A stretch of 64,000 bases of DNA from an uncultured Planctomycetia bacterium (GCA_964455085.1 CAYVYJ010000008.1:1514-65513); one strand, 5' to 3'. Counted from the first letter of the stretch, positions 1 through 9,753 are shown. A program made the numbers and translations. Notes: generated by a model from the letters alone, not told the origin.

Positions 1-5
1 CCGGC

Positions 6-83
6 AACAACTAAGTAAATCCGATAGAACTGCATCTCTTCCCGTTTTTACAGGAACTTGCAACTCCACCATACTTAGTTGTT
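6..83. repeat. Long imperfect inverted repeat (hairpin), attC-like or structured RNA
   Basis: AACAACTAAGTA (6-17) and TACTTAGTTGTT (72-83) form a perfect 12-bp IR. Inner arms 23-34/59-70 and 39-45/50-56 pair fully only on the minus strand, using G-T/G-U wobbles. Confidence 0.6.
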
Positions 84-208
84 AGCAAGGCTAGACCTTG
101 CCTTATGGTAGAACTAAAACCCAATTATTTAATACCCAATAAATAATACAATACTTTACGAAATCGGTCAATTCAAATTAATGTAGACTCAAAAGTGGGA
201 TAGAGTTT

Positions 209-365
209 GTGACCATCCAGTGACCAAAATTGAGCCAAGTAGCCAAAACAGGCAAGATTAATGCGAATGGACAAGATTGGAAAAGTGCTTGGTTTTAGGA
301 GTTAATCAAGAAAAGCATTGATGCTGTTGAAGAAACAAAAAAGGACTGAATTGCATTTTCAGTCC
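209..365. mobile_element. Probable attachment-site end of an integrated element: arm-type repeats plus core inverted repeat
   Basis: GTGACCA direct repeats at 209-215 and 220-226. GGACTGAA-7 bp-TTCAGTCC (343-365) sits exactly where tRNA homology stops. No integrase gene is in the window. Confidence 0.55.
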
Positions 366-393
366 CTCGCTCTACCACCTGAGCTACCTCGGC
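355..393 (-). tRNA. tRNA-Phe(GAA) 5' fragment only (nt 1-39), interrupted
   Basis: Minus strand reads GCCGAGG TA GCTC AGGTGGTA GAGC G AGGGA CT GAA AA T, then non-tRNA sequence. No T-arm or acceptor 3' strand is present in the window. Confidence 0.9.
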
Positions 394-450
394 AATATTC
401 AAAACTCTTTATTTTCAAAGAAAGGTTTAAGACTATTGAAACGGAAGTTA

Positions 451-478
451 ATTATACCAGATTTATCTAAGGCTGCAA
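451..478 (-). promoter_or_regulatory. sigma70-type promoter of tRNA-Phe
   Basis: TTGCAG-16 bp-TATAAT with extended -10 TG, about 57 bp upstream of tRNA nt 1. Confidence 0.6.
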
Positions 479-610
479 TAAAGATTTTCTTATGTCGCTA
501 AAGGGTTTTTTGGCCTTATTATAAAAGATATAAAAGCTGCCAAAGCCTGTTTTGCTATGTCATCTATCAATACTTTCCCTTCTCTGCCGCTCCTGGTATC
601 TGGTATCACA

Positions 611-2221
611 CTAATAAATCTTATACAGTTTGTAGATCACTCCACCTAAATTATTGTAGAAGAACTTCTCAGCCTTTATTTTTTTCCCGATTCTTGACAC
701 TGCGACCCCAAGTATGTATTCATCTACTAAATCAAGACTCCCTCTTAAAAAATAGACGCTATCTTGTTTCTCTGAAAATTCGCTTATATAGTGCTTAATC
801 TTATACTCCGCAGGCTGACCCAGTGAAGAAAGTTTTACCCATTCAGGGTCTTGATTGCACCACCGTACAGTAATATTTTCCTTTGATAAAAACTGAACCA
901 GTTTACCTACCGCCCAATCATTAGAATATATTTTTTTTATCCCTTTACTTGATAAATATTCCATAACTTCATCAGTAACCTGAGACCACATATAGGTGTG
1001 GGTCCCAACCTTCTTCATATTCTGATAATAAGCCAAGCTAAAAATGATACCGCCTGTAATAACTATACAGAGAATAAACTTAACAATCGCACGAGCCAGT
1101 TGATAATCTGCTGCTTTCTTCAACAGAAAAGAGAAAAAACAGGCCATAACAATCTGAGGGAAAGGATAGATCATAAATAAATGTGTCGGATCGAGGTTGC
1201 TCGGTGTTAACGGTAACCCTAAAAATGTTATTCCCCAGATAAAACAATAAAGCTTCAATCCCTGTTTAACCTTAATAGAAATCACTCCGGGAACCACCAA
1301 AACATAGATAGCAAAAAAACAAGCTGCTACAAAGAGTACCGGCACCATGTGATTTGCTAGATTTAAAACGACTGGAATATCAAATGTTCCTAATTTATCA
1401 GTTAGACCAATATCACCCTTTAAGAAGTCATACAATTGCAAGACTCTAACCTTAAGATTTAGCAAGTAGTTGGCATTATCGACTCCTACGTAAGTACTAC
1501 TACCGGTGAGAAGGCGATAAAACAGCTTAACCGTCGCCCCTTTGGTTCTTATATTGTAGACAATTGTCATGCTATATCCTAATAAAAATGAAGCTACCAA
1601 AGCGACACTTTTAGACCAGCGAATCGGTAAAAGCGTTCGATAACCTTTAGAGACCAGAAAATACCCAATCATTCCAGTTAAATACCAAAAGAAATTAATT
1701 TTCGCGTGGCTTCCCACCCCAAAAAGAAATAAAGCCAGACAGGCATAGATGAGATTTTTGGTACTGATAAATCTGTTAAGCAAGTAGAGCCCTCCCCACA
1801 AACATAATAACAGCAAAATATATTCACTAAAAAAATTCAGCTTGCTTCCTTGCAGAAAAGGCGCTGATGTGCATAATAAAACAATTAACCATCCAGCGAT
1901 TTGTTTCCCCATCTGATCTCTCACTGTCAGATACAAAATAAAAAGCAACAACAAAGCATTGACCAACGCTGCCAGCCTTAATGCAAAAAGATTTAAACCA
2001 AACAAAGCAATGTATGGAGCTATAAAATAATGTTTTAACGCACCGGTATAGGCATGATACACTAGGGGGAGTTTGCGACCAGAAACGATATCACCAGCAA
2101 CAATACCGTCAGCAGCTTCTTCTGGATGTATAGGAGTAGCTACTAATGTAGTGGTGGAGAAAAAAATGTAAAGCGTTAGACAAAATATAACTAGATATTT
2201 TAAACTCAAGAATTTCTTCAT
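611..2221 (-). CDS. Polytopic membrane GT-C-type glycosyltransferase (ArnT/PMT-like)
   Basis: 536 aa with many TM helices, acidic HPEE motif after TM1, LFGxxxFALR motif and a soluble C-terminal domain. Confidence 0.65.
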   Translation of the reverse strand: MKKFLSLKYLVIFCLTLYIFFSTTTLVATPIHPEEAADGIVAGDIVSGRKLPLVYHAYTGALKHYFIAPYIALFGLNLFALRLAALVNALLLLFILYLTVRDQMGKQIAGWLIVLLCTSAPFLQGSKLNFFSEYILLLLCLWGGLYLLNRFISTKNLIYACLALFLFGVGSHAKINFFWYLTGMIGYFLVSKGYRTLLPIRWSKSVALVASFLLGYSMTIVYNIRTKGATVKLFYRLLTGSSTYVGVDNANYLLNLKVRVLQLYDFLKGDIGLTDKLGTFDIPVVLNLANHMVPVLFVAACFFAIYVLVVPGVISIKVKQGLKLYCFIWGITFLGLPLTPSNLDPTHLFMIYPFPQIVMACFFSFLLKKAADYQLARAIVKFILCIVITGGIIFSLAYYQNMKKVGTHTYMWSQVTDEVMEYLSSKGIKKIYSNDWAVGKLVQFLSKENITVRWCNQDPEWVKLSSLGQPAEYKIKHYISEFSEKQDSVYFLRGSLDLVDEYILGVAVSRIGKKIKAEKFFYNNLGGVIYKLYKIY

Positions 2222-2222
2222 T

Positions 2223-3356
2223 TTAATTATTAATATTCCTTGTTATCTGTTGCAGCAATAATTTCCAGTTCCTAATACCGTATATCATGCTGGTAATAGC
2301 ACCACAACTCCATACACAAGGTAAACACTTCATTTCTCCTGCAAATTCCTGCACTTTTTTGAATTCAGGTTCTTTCTGCAACAACTTATAGTCATAATTA
2401 TAGTTTCGGATATTAAATTTTTTTACTTCGTTATATTTTTTCTCAAAGATGAACGGCTCACACATCGAAACTAACCCCTCAGGCATGATAACAGATAACT
2501 TTTTACCCGCCATACATCTGTAAATCATCTTTCCTGAGGAAAGCTGTTCTCCTATTATCTTATTGATCAAGAAAACATAATACTGATCAATTACTCCTTT
2601 TAAGCCTCGCCCGCGGCATAAGGATTTCTTGCGCACACTAAGGCAGAGTTTAAAAAACGATTTAATATATTTATCATCTTTCCTATGCTCACCACTATTT
2701 AATCTTTGATCAATCTGAAAATTATGGTAGTAATTCGCTTCACCCAGCGTTTCAATCAAATACTTACTTAACACAATAATTGTATCATAGTTATCTGCCA
2801 ACAATACTGTATTAATCACCAAATTAATATTTTTACACTGCTTCTTTAGGGTAATAATCCGACGACAAAGGTTAACTGCCTTCTCAAAACATCCTTGATA
2901 CCCTCTCATTCGATCATGAACCGCACCATAAGCATCCAGAGAAACTATCAGATTAACTGTCGCCAGAGGACATTCCTTGACAATCCATCCTATTTGATTT
3001 TCGATCCGTTCATCCATAATCCCGTTGGTAGGGATTGAAATTAATCGTGCTTTCGCATAGGTATAAAATGCTTTGGTTATTTTACCAATGTCCTCTCTTA
3101 GAAACGGCTCCCCTCCGCCAAGGACAACCTGAAAAACAGGTTTTATCTTTTTTGCTATGATTTCATATTCCGGAAATTTTAATAACTCCCTATGCTTATA
3201 TTCGTTTTTATTACGGGATAACCTAGTATTAAAGCAGAAAGGACACTCGGCGTTGCATTGATCGGTAACAAATAAAATGACCTGGGCTAAATTCCCAGGC
3301 CAAAAGGCAGTAAAAAAACTTCTAGCAAAGGCTATCGTCCTCAATAATCTTTTCAT
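2223..3356 (-). CDS. Radical SAM protein with C-terminal Cys-rich (SPASM/twitch-like) region
   Basis: CNAECPFC, GGGEPF, C-terminal CMAG...C...CLPCVWSC. Confidence 0.85.
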   Translation of the reverse strand: MKRLLRTIAFARSFFTAFWPGNLAQVILFVTDQCNAECPFCFNTRLSRNKNEYKHRELLKFPEYEIIAKKIKPVFQVVLGGGEPFLREDIGKITKAFYTYAKARLISIPTNGIMDERIENQIGWIVKECPLATVNLIVSLDAYGAVHDRMRGYQGCFEKAVNLCRRIITLKKQCKNINLVINTVLLADNYDTIIVLSKYLIETLGEANYYHNFQIDQRLNSGEHRKDDKYIKSFFKLCLSVRKKSLCRGRGLKGVIDQYYVFLINKIIGEQLSSGKMIYRCMAGKKLSVIMPEGLVSMCEPFIFEKKYNEVKKFNIRNYNYDYKLLQKEPEFKKVQEFAGEMKCLPCVWSCGAITSMIYGIRNWKLLLQQITRNINN

Positions 3357-4405
3357 TCCCGCCCTAACCGAAAGTATGCTTCCCTAGACGACACCCCTTG
3401 TAATAAATTACCCCCTGCCAAATAATGGATAATACCCCAGAAATATCCCAGCAGGATAACCGGTGTTACGGAAAAATATACCAAATACCAGCCTAGAAAA
3501 TACTTTTTAGGCATAAAGGACCAGATCAATTTATTCATGGCGCCAAATGATATTATAAATAAACTTAAACCGATAGAAAACCCCCAGACCCATACTCGCC
3601 AGTCAAGGAACAAAATAACTAAAGGACTTATTAATAGTAAAAATGCCGATATCCTCCGCCACTTCTCTGCAGGCGAAATCGATAAATCAGGAGTTGTGTC
3701 CATTTTTTTATCGACAATGGCTTGCACAAACGCGGTTAAAAAGTAACTTTTAAACAGTTTAAAGATGTTTGTCGGATAACAATGGCTATGATGTAATTCT
3801 CTGCTAAAATAAGAAATATACCCTAGATGATAACAACGGGTACCAAATTCTCCGTCTTCATTCATTGCTGTGTAGAGAGATTCATGAAAACCACCTGATT
3901 CTCTGAATCTATGTACTCTAATCCCCCCCAGGCGCGTGGTAAAAAACATGATCCGGCCTTCCCTGCTAGGGCTACCTGCGAGTATCTTCCTCATATAGTA
4001 GCTATGGTAAATCGAAGTATTATAAGCAATAGGGTTCTTTATTACTGGCTTAACATCGCTTATCGTGGATACACAATCTACCTGCTTCTTTGTCCGAAAT
4101 ATTTCGGCCATTTTCAGCAAAACATCAGAGTCATCCGGTAAAACTACGTCCGAATCTATAAAAACCAATATATCGCCCTTGGCCTGCAAAGCTCCGATAT
4201 TGCGAGCCCGAGCAGGACCGGCATGCACTTTACTTTCTATTACCTTCACCTGCTGATATTGCCGGGCAATATCCAGGGTATTGTCAACAGATGTATCGTC
4301 AACAACAATAATCTCATAATCTTTGAGCCTGGTTTTTAAAATGCTGTTGAGTAAATTGCCAATTACTAAAGAACTATTGTAGGTGGGTATTATAATCGAT
4401 ATCAT
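3353..4405 (-). CDS. Glycosyltransferase family 2 with C-terminal TM helices
   Basis: ISIIIPTYN, VVDDTSVD, FIDSD, NED motifs. Confidence 0.9.
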   Translation of the reverse strand: MISIIIPTYNSSLVIGNLLNSILKTRLKDYEIIVVDDTSVDNTLDIARQYQQVKVIESKVHAGPARARNIGALQAKGDILVFIDSDVVLPDDSDVLLKMAEIFRTKKQVDCVSTISDVKPVIKNPIAYNTSIYHSYYMRKILAGSPSREGRIMFFTTRLGGIRVHRFRESGGFHESLYTAMNEDGEFGTRCYHLGYISYFSRELHHSHCYPTNIFKLFKSYFLTAFVQAIVDKKMDTTPDLSISPAEKWRRISAFLLLISPLVILFLDWRVWVWGFSIGLSLFIISFGAMNKLIWSFMPKKYFLGWYLVYFSVTPVILLGYFWGIIHYLAGGNLLQGVSSREAYFRLGRE

Positions 4406-4494
4406 TAGTTTTCGTCTCTGGTTAGCTTAAGCACTTCTGGGGGATTTTACGATGAGACAAAGCAAACGTGTAATATTCTGTACCGTCTCTTCAT
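4405..4494 (-). pseudogene. Possible collapsed gene remnant or leaderless mini-ORF (MKRRYRILHVCFVSS*NPPEVLKLTRDEN*)
   Basis: ATG lies 6 nt after a consensus -10. The same frame ends in a TAATG overlap with the GT2 start and has one internal TAA. Confidence 0.35.
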
Positions 4495-4500
4495 TTTTTG

Positions 4501-4529
4501 ATTATACTGCTCTAAAATTATTCTGTCAA
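4501..4529 (-). promoter_or_regulatory. Consensus sigma70 promoter for the GT2-rSAM-GT-C operon
   Basis: TTGACA-17 bp-TATAAT, a perfect match. Confidence 0.75.
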
Positions 4530-4551
4530 CATTAGGCCAGCCGAAAGCTGC

Positions 4552-4579
4552 TTGACTTGTTTGTATCAAGCTCTATAAT
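4552..4579 (+). promoter_or_regulatory. Divergent sigma70 promoter for the B12-radical SAM gene
   Basis: TTGACT-16 bp-TATAAT. Confidence 0.6.
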
Positions 4580-4704
4580 TTTACTAGGGTTAAATAGCTA
4601 TGTCCTTCCTTACCGTATCAACAACTGATTGAACATAAATTATGGGAAAAATTGCTTGCTTAGGGTAGTGCAGCATAAAGAAGTAATCCTATCAGAACGT
4701 CTAA

Positions 4705-6162
4705 ATGCGTATTTTACTAATCAATCCATCTCCTGATCTACAATCACTATTAGGAGCCGGTAAGTATTTTGTACAGAAATATGAACCTCTTGGTCTGCTC
4801 TATATTGCCGCGATATTGCAAGCAAATAACCATGATGTGTCAGTTATCGACGCCTATGCCGAAGATCTTTCACTGGAACAACTAAAGCTAAAGATTAGCC
4901 GTAGAGACCATGATATTATCGGTATTTCAACACTTACCTGTACTGGTGAAATTGTTTTCCTGTTGGGAAAATGGATCAAAAAAAATCTCCCCAAGACTAC
5001 GGTCGTTTTGGGAAATATTCATGCTTCAGTATATTCGAAACAGTATTTACAATTTAAATGTTGTGACCTAGTGGTGCATGGAGAAGGAGAAGAAATATTT
5101 CTTAAAATAGTGGCCTGGAAACAAGGGAAGATTAAGCTCGAAAACATACCTAGTATATCTTTTGCAGATAAAAACAATCAAGAGATTAGAACCGGAGGGG
5201 AAGCAAATGTCCAAGATTTAAATCAACTGTCACCTCCGGCAAGGGATTTACTCGACCAAAATCTCTACAATCTAACTGAAATTAGCAACCAGCTATATAT
5301 TGGAAGAAAAGGAATGGTAGCCAAGACCATGGTCACATCCAGAGGCTGCCCTAACCGCTGTACGTTTTGTGTAGTTCACGGAGAACGCTCCCAACGGTTC
5401 ATCGATCCTGCCAAAGTTGTCGACGAAATGGAAATGTTGCAGAAAAAGTACAACGCATCCTACATTACCTTCATGGATCCTTGTTTCTTCGGTAACACTG
5501 CAAGAGTACTAGCTATCTGTTCTGAAATCATAAAAAGAGGTCTAAAGATACACTGGGGGGCAGACGCCCATATTAATTTTATGACTAAAGAGATAATAGA
5601 ATCTATCGCCGCGGCCGGATGCTACGAACTTCAATTCGGGATAGAATCAGGGGTTCAAAGACTTCTTAATGTAATTAAAAAAGGAACAAATATACAACAA
5701 ATTAGTAAAACAATAGATTTGATAAAAAAACACTCCAAAATAAAGCTGGGGGGATTGTTTATACTGGGCTTACCCGAAGAAACCTATCAAGATTCGCTGC
5801 AAACCATTCGATTTGCTAAAAGATTACCTCTGGATATTGCGCAATTTAGTATCCTAGTTCCTTATCCGGGGTCTTTTTTGTTTGAACAATTGAGAAAGGA
5901 AAAAGCTATTGACACCGGAATTGGTGAAGGCGGTAAGTTAGATACCTCTGTCTGGAGGCGCTATTTATCCTACATATCGTTTACTGAAAACGAGCCCATT
6001 TGGGTAACACCTAGGCTATCGGCAGATCAACTTAAATATCTTCAGAAACGGGCTCAACGCGAATTTTACCTGCGGCCGAAACAAATCTTCCGCCACATAA
6101 GAAGAATCCGCCCTTCAAATATCGTCAGAATAATCAAAATCATCTCCAAGGGATTCTTCTAA
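4705..6162 (+). CDS. Cobalamin-binding radical SAM protein (class B methylase-like)
   Basis: MRILLINP, PLGLLYIAA, GEGE, TSRGCPNRCTFC, FGIESG. Confidence 0.9.
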   Translation: MRILLINPSPDLQSLLGAGKYFVQKYEPLGLLYIAAILQANNHDVSVIDAYAEDLSLEQLKLKISRRDHDIIGISTLTCTGEIVFLLGKWIKKNLPKTTVVLGNIHASVYSKQYLQFKCCDLVVHGEGEEIFLKIVAWKQGKIKLENIPSISFADKNNQEIRTGGEANVQDLNQLSPPARDLLDQNLYNLTEISNQLYIGRKGMVAKTMVTSRGCPNRCTFCVVHGERSQRFIDPAKVVDEMEMLQKKYNASYITFMDPCFFGNTARVLAICSEIIKRGLKIHWGADAHINFMTKEIIESIAAAGCYELQFGIESGVQRLLNVIKKGTNIQQISKTIDLIKKHSKIKLGGLFILGLPEETYQDSLQTIRFAKRLPLDIAQFSILVPYPGSFLFEQLRKEKAIDTGIGEGGKLDTSVWRRYLSYISFTENEPIWVTPRLSADQLKYLQKRAQREFYLRPKQIFRHIRRIRPSNIVRIIKIISKGFF

Positions 6163-6188
6163 TTACGCAACTTCTCTCTGCAATAGGC

Positions 6189-8117
6189 TTACTTAGATAA
6201 ATACTGCTGGTAATCTTTGTTGCCTACAAATAAGTCAAACCAAATTAAAAAGTTCAAAATGCACCATAAGGGGCGCCCGTAATCTTTTTTTTTATTGCTA
6301 TGATCTTCCTAAAATCTTTGGACTGCGTCGGGATTGAGAATTCCGGTTCGTTCAATGTTCTTTTTTGAAAAATACTTCTGGGCTACAGACCTGAATTCAT
6401 TCATAAACCAAAGTGAATGCGGCATCTCAAGCCCCATATTGGTTCTTCGCAATATTTTTCTCGGTAGCGTATCTTTCATCGCCAACTTTTGAATATATCT
6501 CCTGTTAAAACCACAGTTTCTGACCTTCAGATGCGGCGGAATCTTGCTGGCAAACTCCGCGACTATCCTATCCATATAAGGAAACCGCGCCTCTATGGAG
6601 TGGGCCATAATAGAGCGATCGTTCTTCACCATAAGATCCCCCACAAAGTAATACTTTATATCGATTAATGATATTTTACTCAAATCATCGTCAAATAATA
6701 AACTATCAAAAAGATCGTTAAAAAACGAATTTGTTGACCGGAAGTTCGAATATTGCGGCAATAAATCCTTCTTCTCTTGGTCTGAGAAAACATGTCGCCA
6801 GAACAAATGAGCTTCAGGGATACTTTTTTCTGCGCCGGCTGTAAAACGTTTCAGTAAAAAATCAAAGCTTAATTTCTCATATGATGTTGGCACCATCTGC
6901 ACAAATTTTCTGATAATCTTTCTGATGAAAGCAGGAGAATACTTCCTGTATAACTTTCTCATCAAATATGCACCATGAGTTTCGTAGGCGTTAAATACCT
7001 CATCACCCCCCTCACCGGAGAGAAGGACAGAGACGTACTTCTTGGCTTCTTTAGCCATAAGAAATGAGGGAATAACCGCCCCGTTCCCACTGGGCTCATC
7101 CATATATGCCATCTGGACAATGAGATTATCAATAACGTCTTGGGGATCTACGACAATTTCATGGTGAATCGACCGGGCAAAACCAGCCATAAATCTTTGA
7201 TAGTAAGATTCATCAAAACTAGATTGATTCATCTTGATGGAAAAAGTATGAATCGTATTGCTTACTCCTAATTCTTTTGCTAGGGCTAATAAGGAACTGG
7301 TATCAACCCCACCGGATAAAGTAAGCCCTACAGGAACATCGGAAATAAGATTTCTGCGCACTGAATCTAACAATATATCATGCAATTGATGAGCAGTTTC
7401 ATTAACTGGTAATGAATAATCGGGTTGATAGTCCAGCCTATAGTACTCTCTTTCCTGAAACGAATTACCTAGGCAATCTATCTCTACAAGATGACTATCT
7501 GGTAACTCCTGTATTGATTTAAAAGGGGGCAGCTTCCCAGGAATATAGGCTAAAGAGAAAAAATGATATATCGCCGCAGGATCAATTTTATAACTGAATG
7601 AAGCAAGCTTAAGAAAAGACTTGATCTCCGAAGAGAAGTATAATCGATCCCTCTTAACCATGTAAAACAGCGGCCGGATACCAAAGAAATCCCGGACTAA
7701 ATATATCTTACCAATTTTTTTATCGTATAACGCAAAAGCAAACATCCCGGAAAGATGCTTGAGAAAATTAATCCCCAGCTCTTCATAAAGGTGTATAACA
7801 ACTTCGGTATCAGAAGTAGAGCGAAACCGGTATTTGTCATCTAATTTGAAATTCTTTTTTAGTTCTTTGAAATCAGTTACCTCTCCGTTGTAGGTTATCC
7901 AAACCGTTTTATCCTCATTAGACATCGGTAAATGAGCATTTTCGGATAAATCAATAATATTTAGGCGGGTATTGCCGAAAACGCAATGGGGGCTAACGAA
8001 GGTATCAATTGAGTCAGGCCCTCTATGTTTAAGGATAGCTGTCATCTGCTCAGCTTCCTTAATATCATTATCGTTGATTTTTGAACCCAAAGATACAATG
8101 CCGGCAATGCCACACAT
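6189..8117 (-). CDS. asnB: Asparagine synthase-like glutamine amidotransferase with an in-frame premature TAG at 6309-6311 (possible pseudogene)
   Basis: MCGIAG, HRGPD, YNGE, LSGGVDTS, SGEGGDE. The frame continues 39 aa past TAG (EDHSNKKKDYGRPLWCILNFLIWFDLF...) to TAA at 6189-6191. Confidence 0.85.
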
Positions 8118-8170
8118 ATTTAATTTATTCTTTTTCTAGGGCTGAAAAAACAGGTTTTTTAATATAATCA

Positions 8171-9292
8171 TTACTGGTATTCCTTAACCATATCCCTCAC
8201 TGTCTTGGCAATAGCCAGAGAACTAGTTAAGCCTGGTGACTCAATACCAATAAGGTTTATTAAGCCGGGAAAACCATTATCGGCTTCATCCTTGATTAAA
8301 AAATCTCTAAAATCCTCACCCGGCCCCTGAAGTTTAGGTCTTATTCCCGATGTATCCGGTCCTAAATCTTCCAAGTTAATAAAGGGTAGCATCGGTTTAA
8401 CATCTTGGCAAAAGGCTCTATTTTTAGATTGATCAATGTCATAATTAATCTCATCTATATATTCATCGTCAGGCCCCAGACGCAGGCCTCCGGCTAAGTC
8501 TAAAGTAGCATGTATCCCTAATCCTGAACCCTCTTGCTTGGGGAGCGGATATATTAATCTATTAATTAATTTTGCTTTGTTATTATGAACCCTGAAGTAA
8601 TCACCTTTGGAGTATTTTATTTTGTATTCATCTTGCTTAATACCCGCCATTGCGGCTACTTTGTCAGAATTTAAGCCCGCGGCATTAATTAAGATTCGAG
8701 TCGATAAGCTAAATGATCCCTCTTGTTTATCCTCTACTGAAAGCTCAAAGCCATCACTAATTTTATCTACGCCGACTAATTCCGTATTATAAACTATTTC
8801 ACCGCCTCGTTCTTTAAACTCTAAAAGTAGCTTCTTGAGTAAAGTATGGGAATCTATAATGCCGGTAGAAGGTGAGAATATGGCTGAGTTTGCTCTTATC
8901 CGGGGCTCAATTTTCCTTATCTCGACTGGCGAAAGTATTTCTAAATCCCTTAGGCCGTTAGCTAAACCATTTTGAAAAAGTTTCTCTAACTCACCTTGCC
9001 TCTGGTTGTCAGTTATGACAATAAGCTTACCGATTTTTTTATATCCGATATTATTTTTCTGGCAATAGGTATAAAGCAACTCCTTACCCTCAAGACAAGT
9101 CTCGGCTTTAAGAGAATTCTCCGGGTAATAAATTCCAGCGTGGATTACCTCACTATTTCGTGAACTTGTCTCCTGGCCAAAGGAAGGATTTTTCTCAACT
9201 ACTAAAATATCCTTACAGTCTCCTGAAAGCTCTCTGGCTACCGCTAAGCCGATTATCCCTGCACCGACGATAGTAACTGCAACTCTCTCCAT
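8171..9292 (-). CDS. FAD-dependent oxidoreductase, L-2-hydroxyglutarate oxidase (LhgO) family
   Basis: GAGIIG, ETSSRNSEVIHAGIYY, GIHAT, GIESPGLTSS. Confidence 0.85.
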   Translation of the reverse strand: MERVAVTIVGAGIIGLAVARELSGDCKDILVVEKNPSFGQETSSRNSEVIHAGIYYPENSLKAETCLEGKELLYTYCQKNNIGYKKIGKLIVITDNQRQGELEKLFQNGLANGLRDLEILSPVEIRKIEPRIRANSAIFSPSTGIIDSHTLLKKLLLEFKERGGEIVYNTELVGVDKISDGFELSVEDKQEGSFSLSTRILINAAGLNSDKVAAMAGIKQDEYKIKYSKGDYFRVHNNKAKLINRLIYPLPKQEGSGLGIHATLDLAGGLRLGPDDEYIDEINYDIDQSKNRAFCQDVKPMLPFINLEDLGPDTSGIRPKLQGPGEDFRDFLIKDEADNGFPGLINLIGIESPGLTSSLAIAKTVRDMVKEYQ

Positions 9293-9309
9293 GATGTCAA
9301 TAATTTCAC

Positions 9310-9747
9310 TTATTGTTTAAGATCTGACTCTTCTTCCACCTTGAGTCTAGGAGATACCCTTCCCTCCAGGTGGTCAAAAATCACCGCTGCTGCAAATTCA
9401 GCAAGTAAGTAATTAAGTGACGCTACTTCTACCTGAGTTCTCCGCTCATCTAATCGATTAAAAAATATTGCCACCTCAGTCGATTCGGCGCATTGTGCAA
9501 AAACGCTAGTAAAATCATAAACCACAATAAAGCCCTCTTCCTGGCTGCCGCGGTAGAAGTTAGTCCCTATTTCTTTTAGCTGGCTGTTAACTTTTTTATA
9601 GCAGGCAGGAAGGTCTTTATCAAAAACTTTGCTGTAAACTTTACCCTTTTCTCTAAACGGTTTAATTCCGGCACCGAAGAGACGGCTTAATTCCAGCGGC
9701 GAGCAACCCAAAGCGAAAATAAGAAAAAGAAAAAATATTTTCCTCAT
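9310..9747 (-). CDS. Predicted lipoprotein of unknown function
   Basis: Signal peptide MRKIFFLFLIFALG-C (lipobox). Confidence 0.7.
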   Translation of the reverse strand: MRKIFFLFLIFALGCSPLELSRLFGAGIKPFREKGKVYSKVFDKDLPACYKKVNSQLKEIGTNFYRGSQEEGFIVVYDFTSVFAQCAESTEVAIFFNRLDERRTQVEVASLNYLLAEFAAAVIFDHLEGRVSPRLKVEEESDLKQ

Positions 9748-9753
9748 TCTGGC

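Noticed and set aside
343-365. Group I intron P1 helix in tRNA-Phe as the main interpretation
   Set aside because: U33 pairs with A rather than forming the required U-G splice-site pair, and I could not identify P7 core motifs. Kept only as an alternative.
487-609. About 40-codon GTG-started minus-strand frame after the GT-C gene
   Set aside because: No SD, motif or other coding evidence
6309-6311. Genome-wide TAG recoding or pyrrolysine as the explanation of the asnB stop
   Set aside because: TAG ends other genes normally here (GT-C at 611, trmI, GH1, rimO), and no pyl genes are in the window
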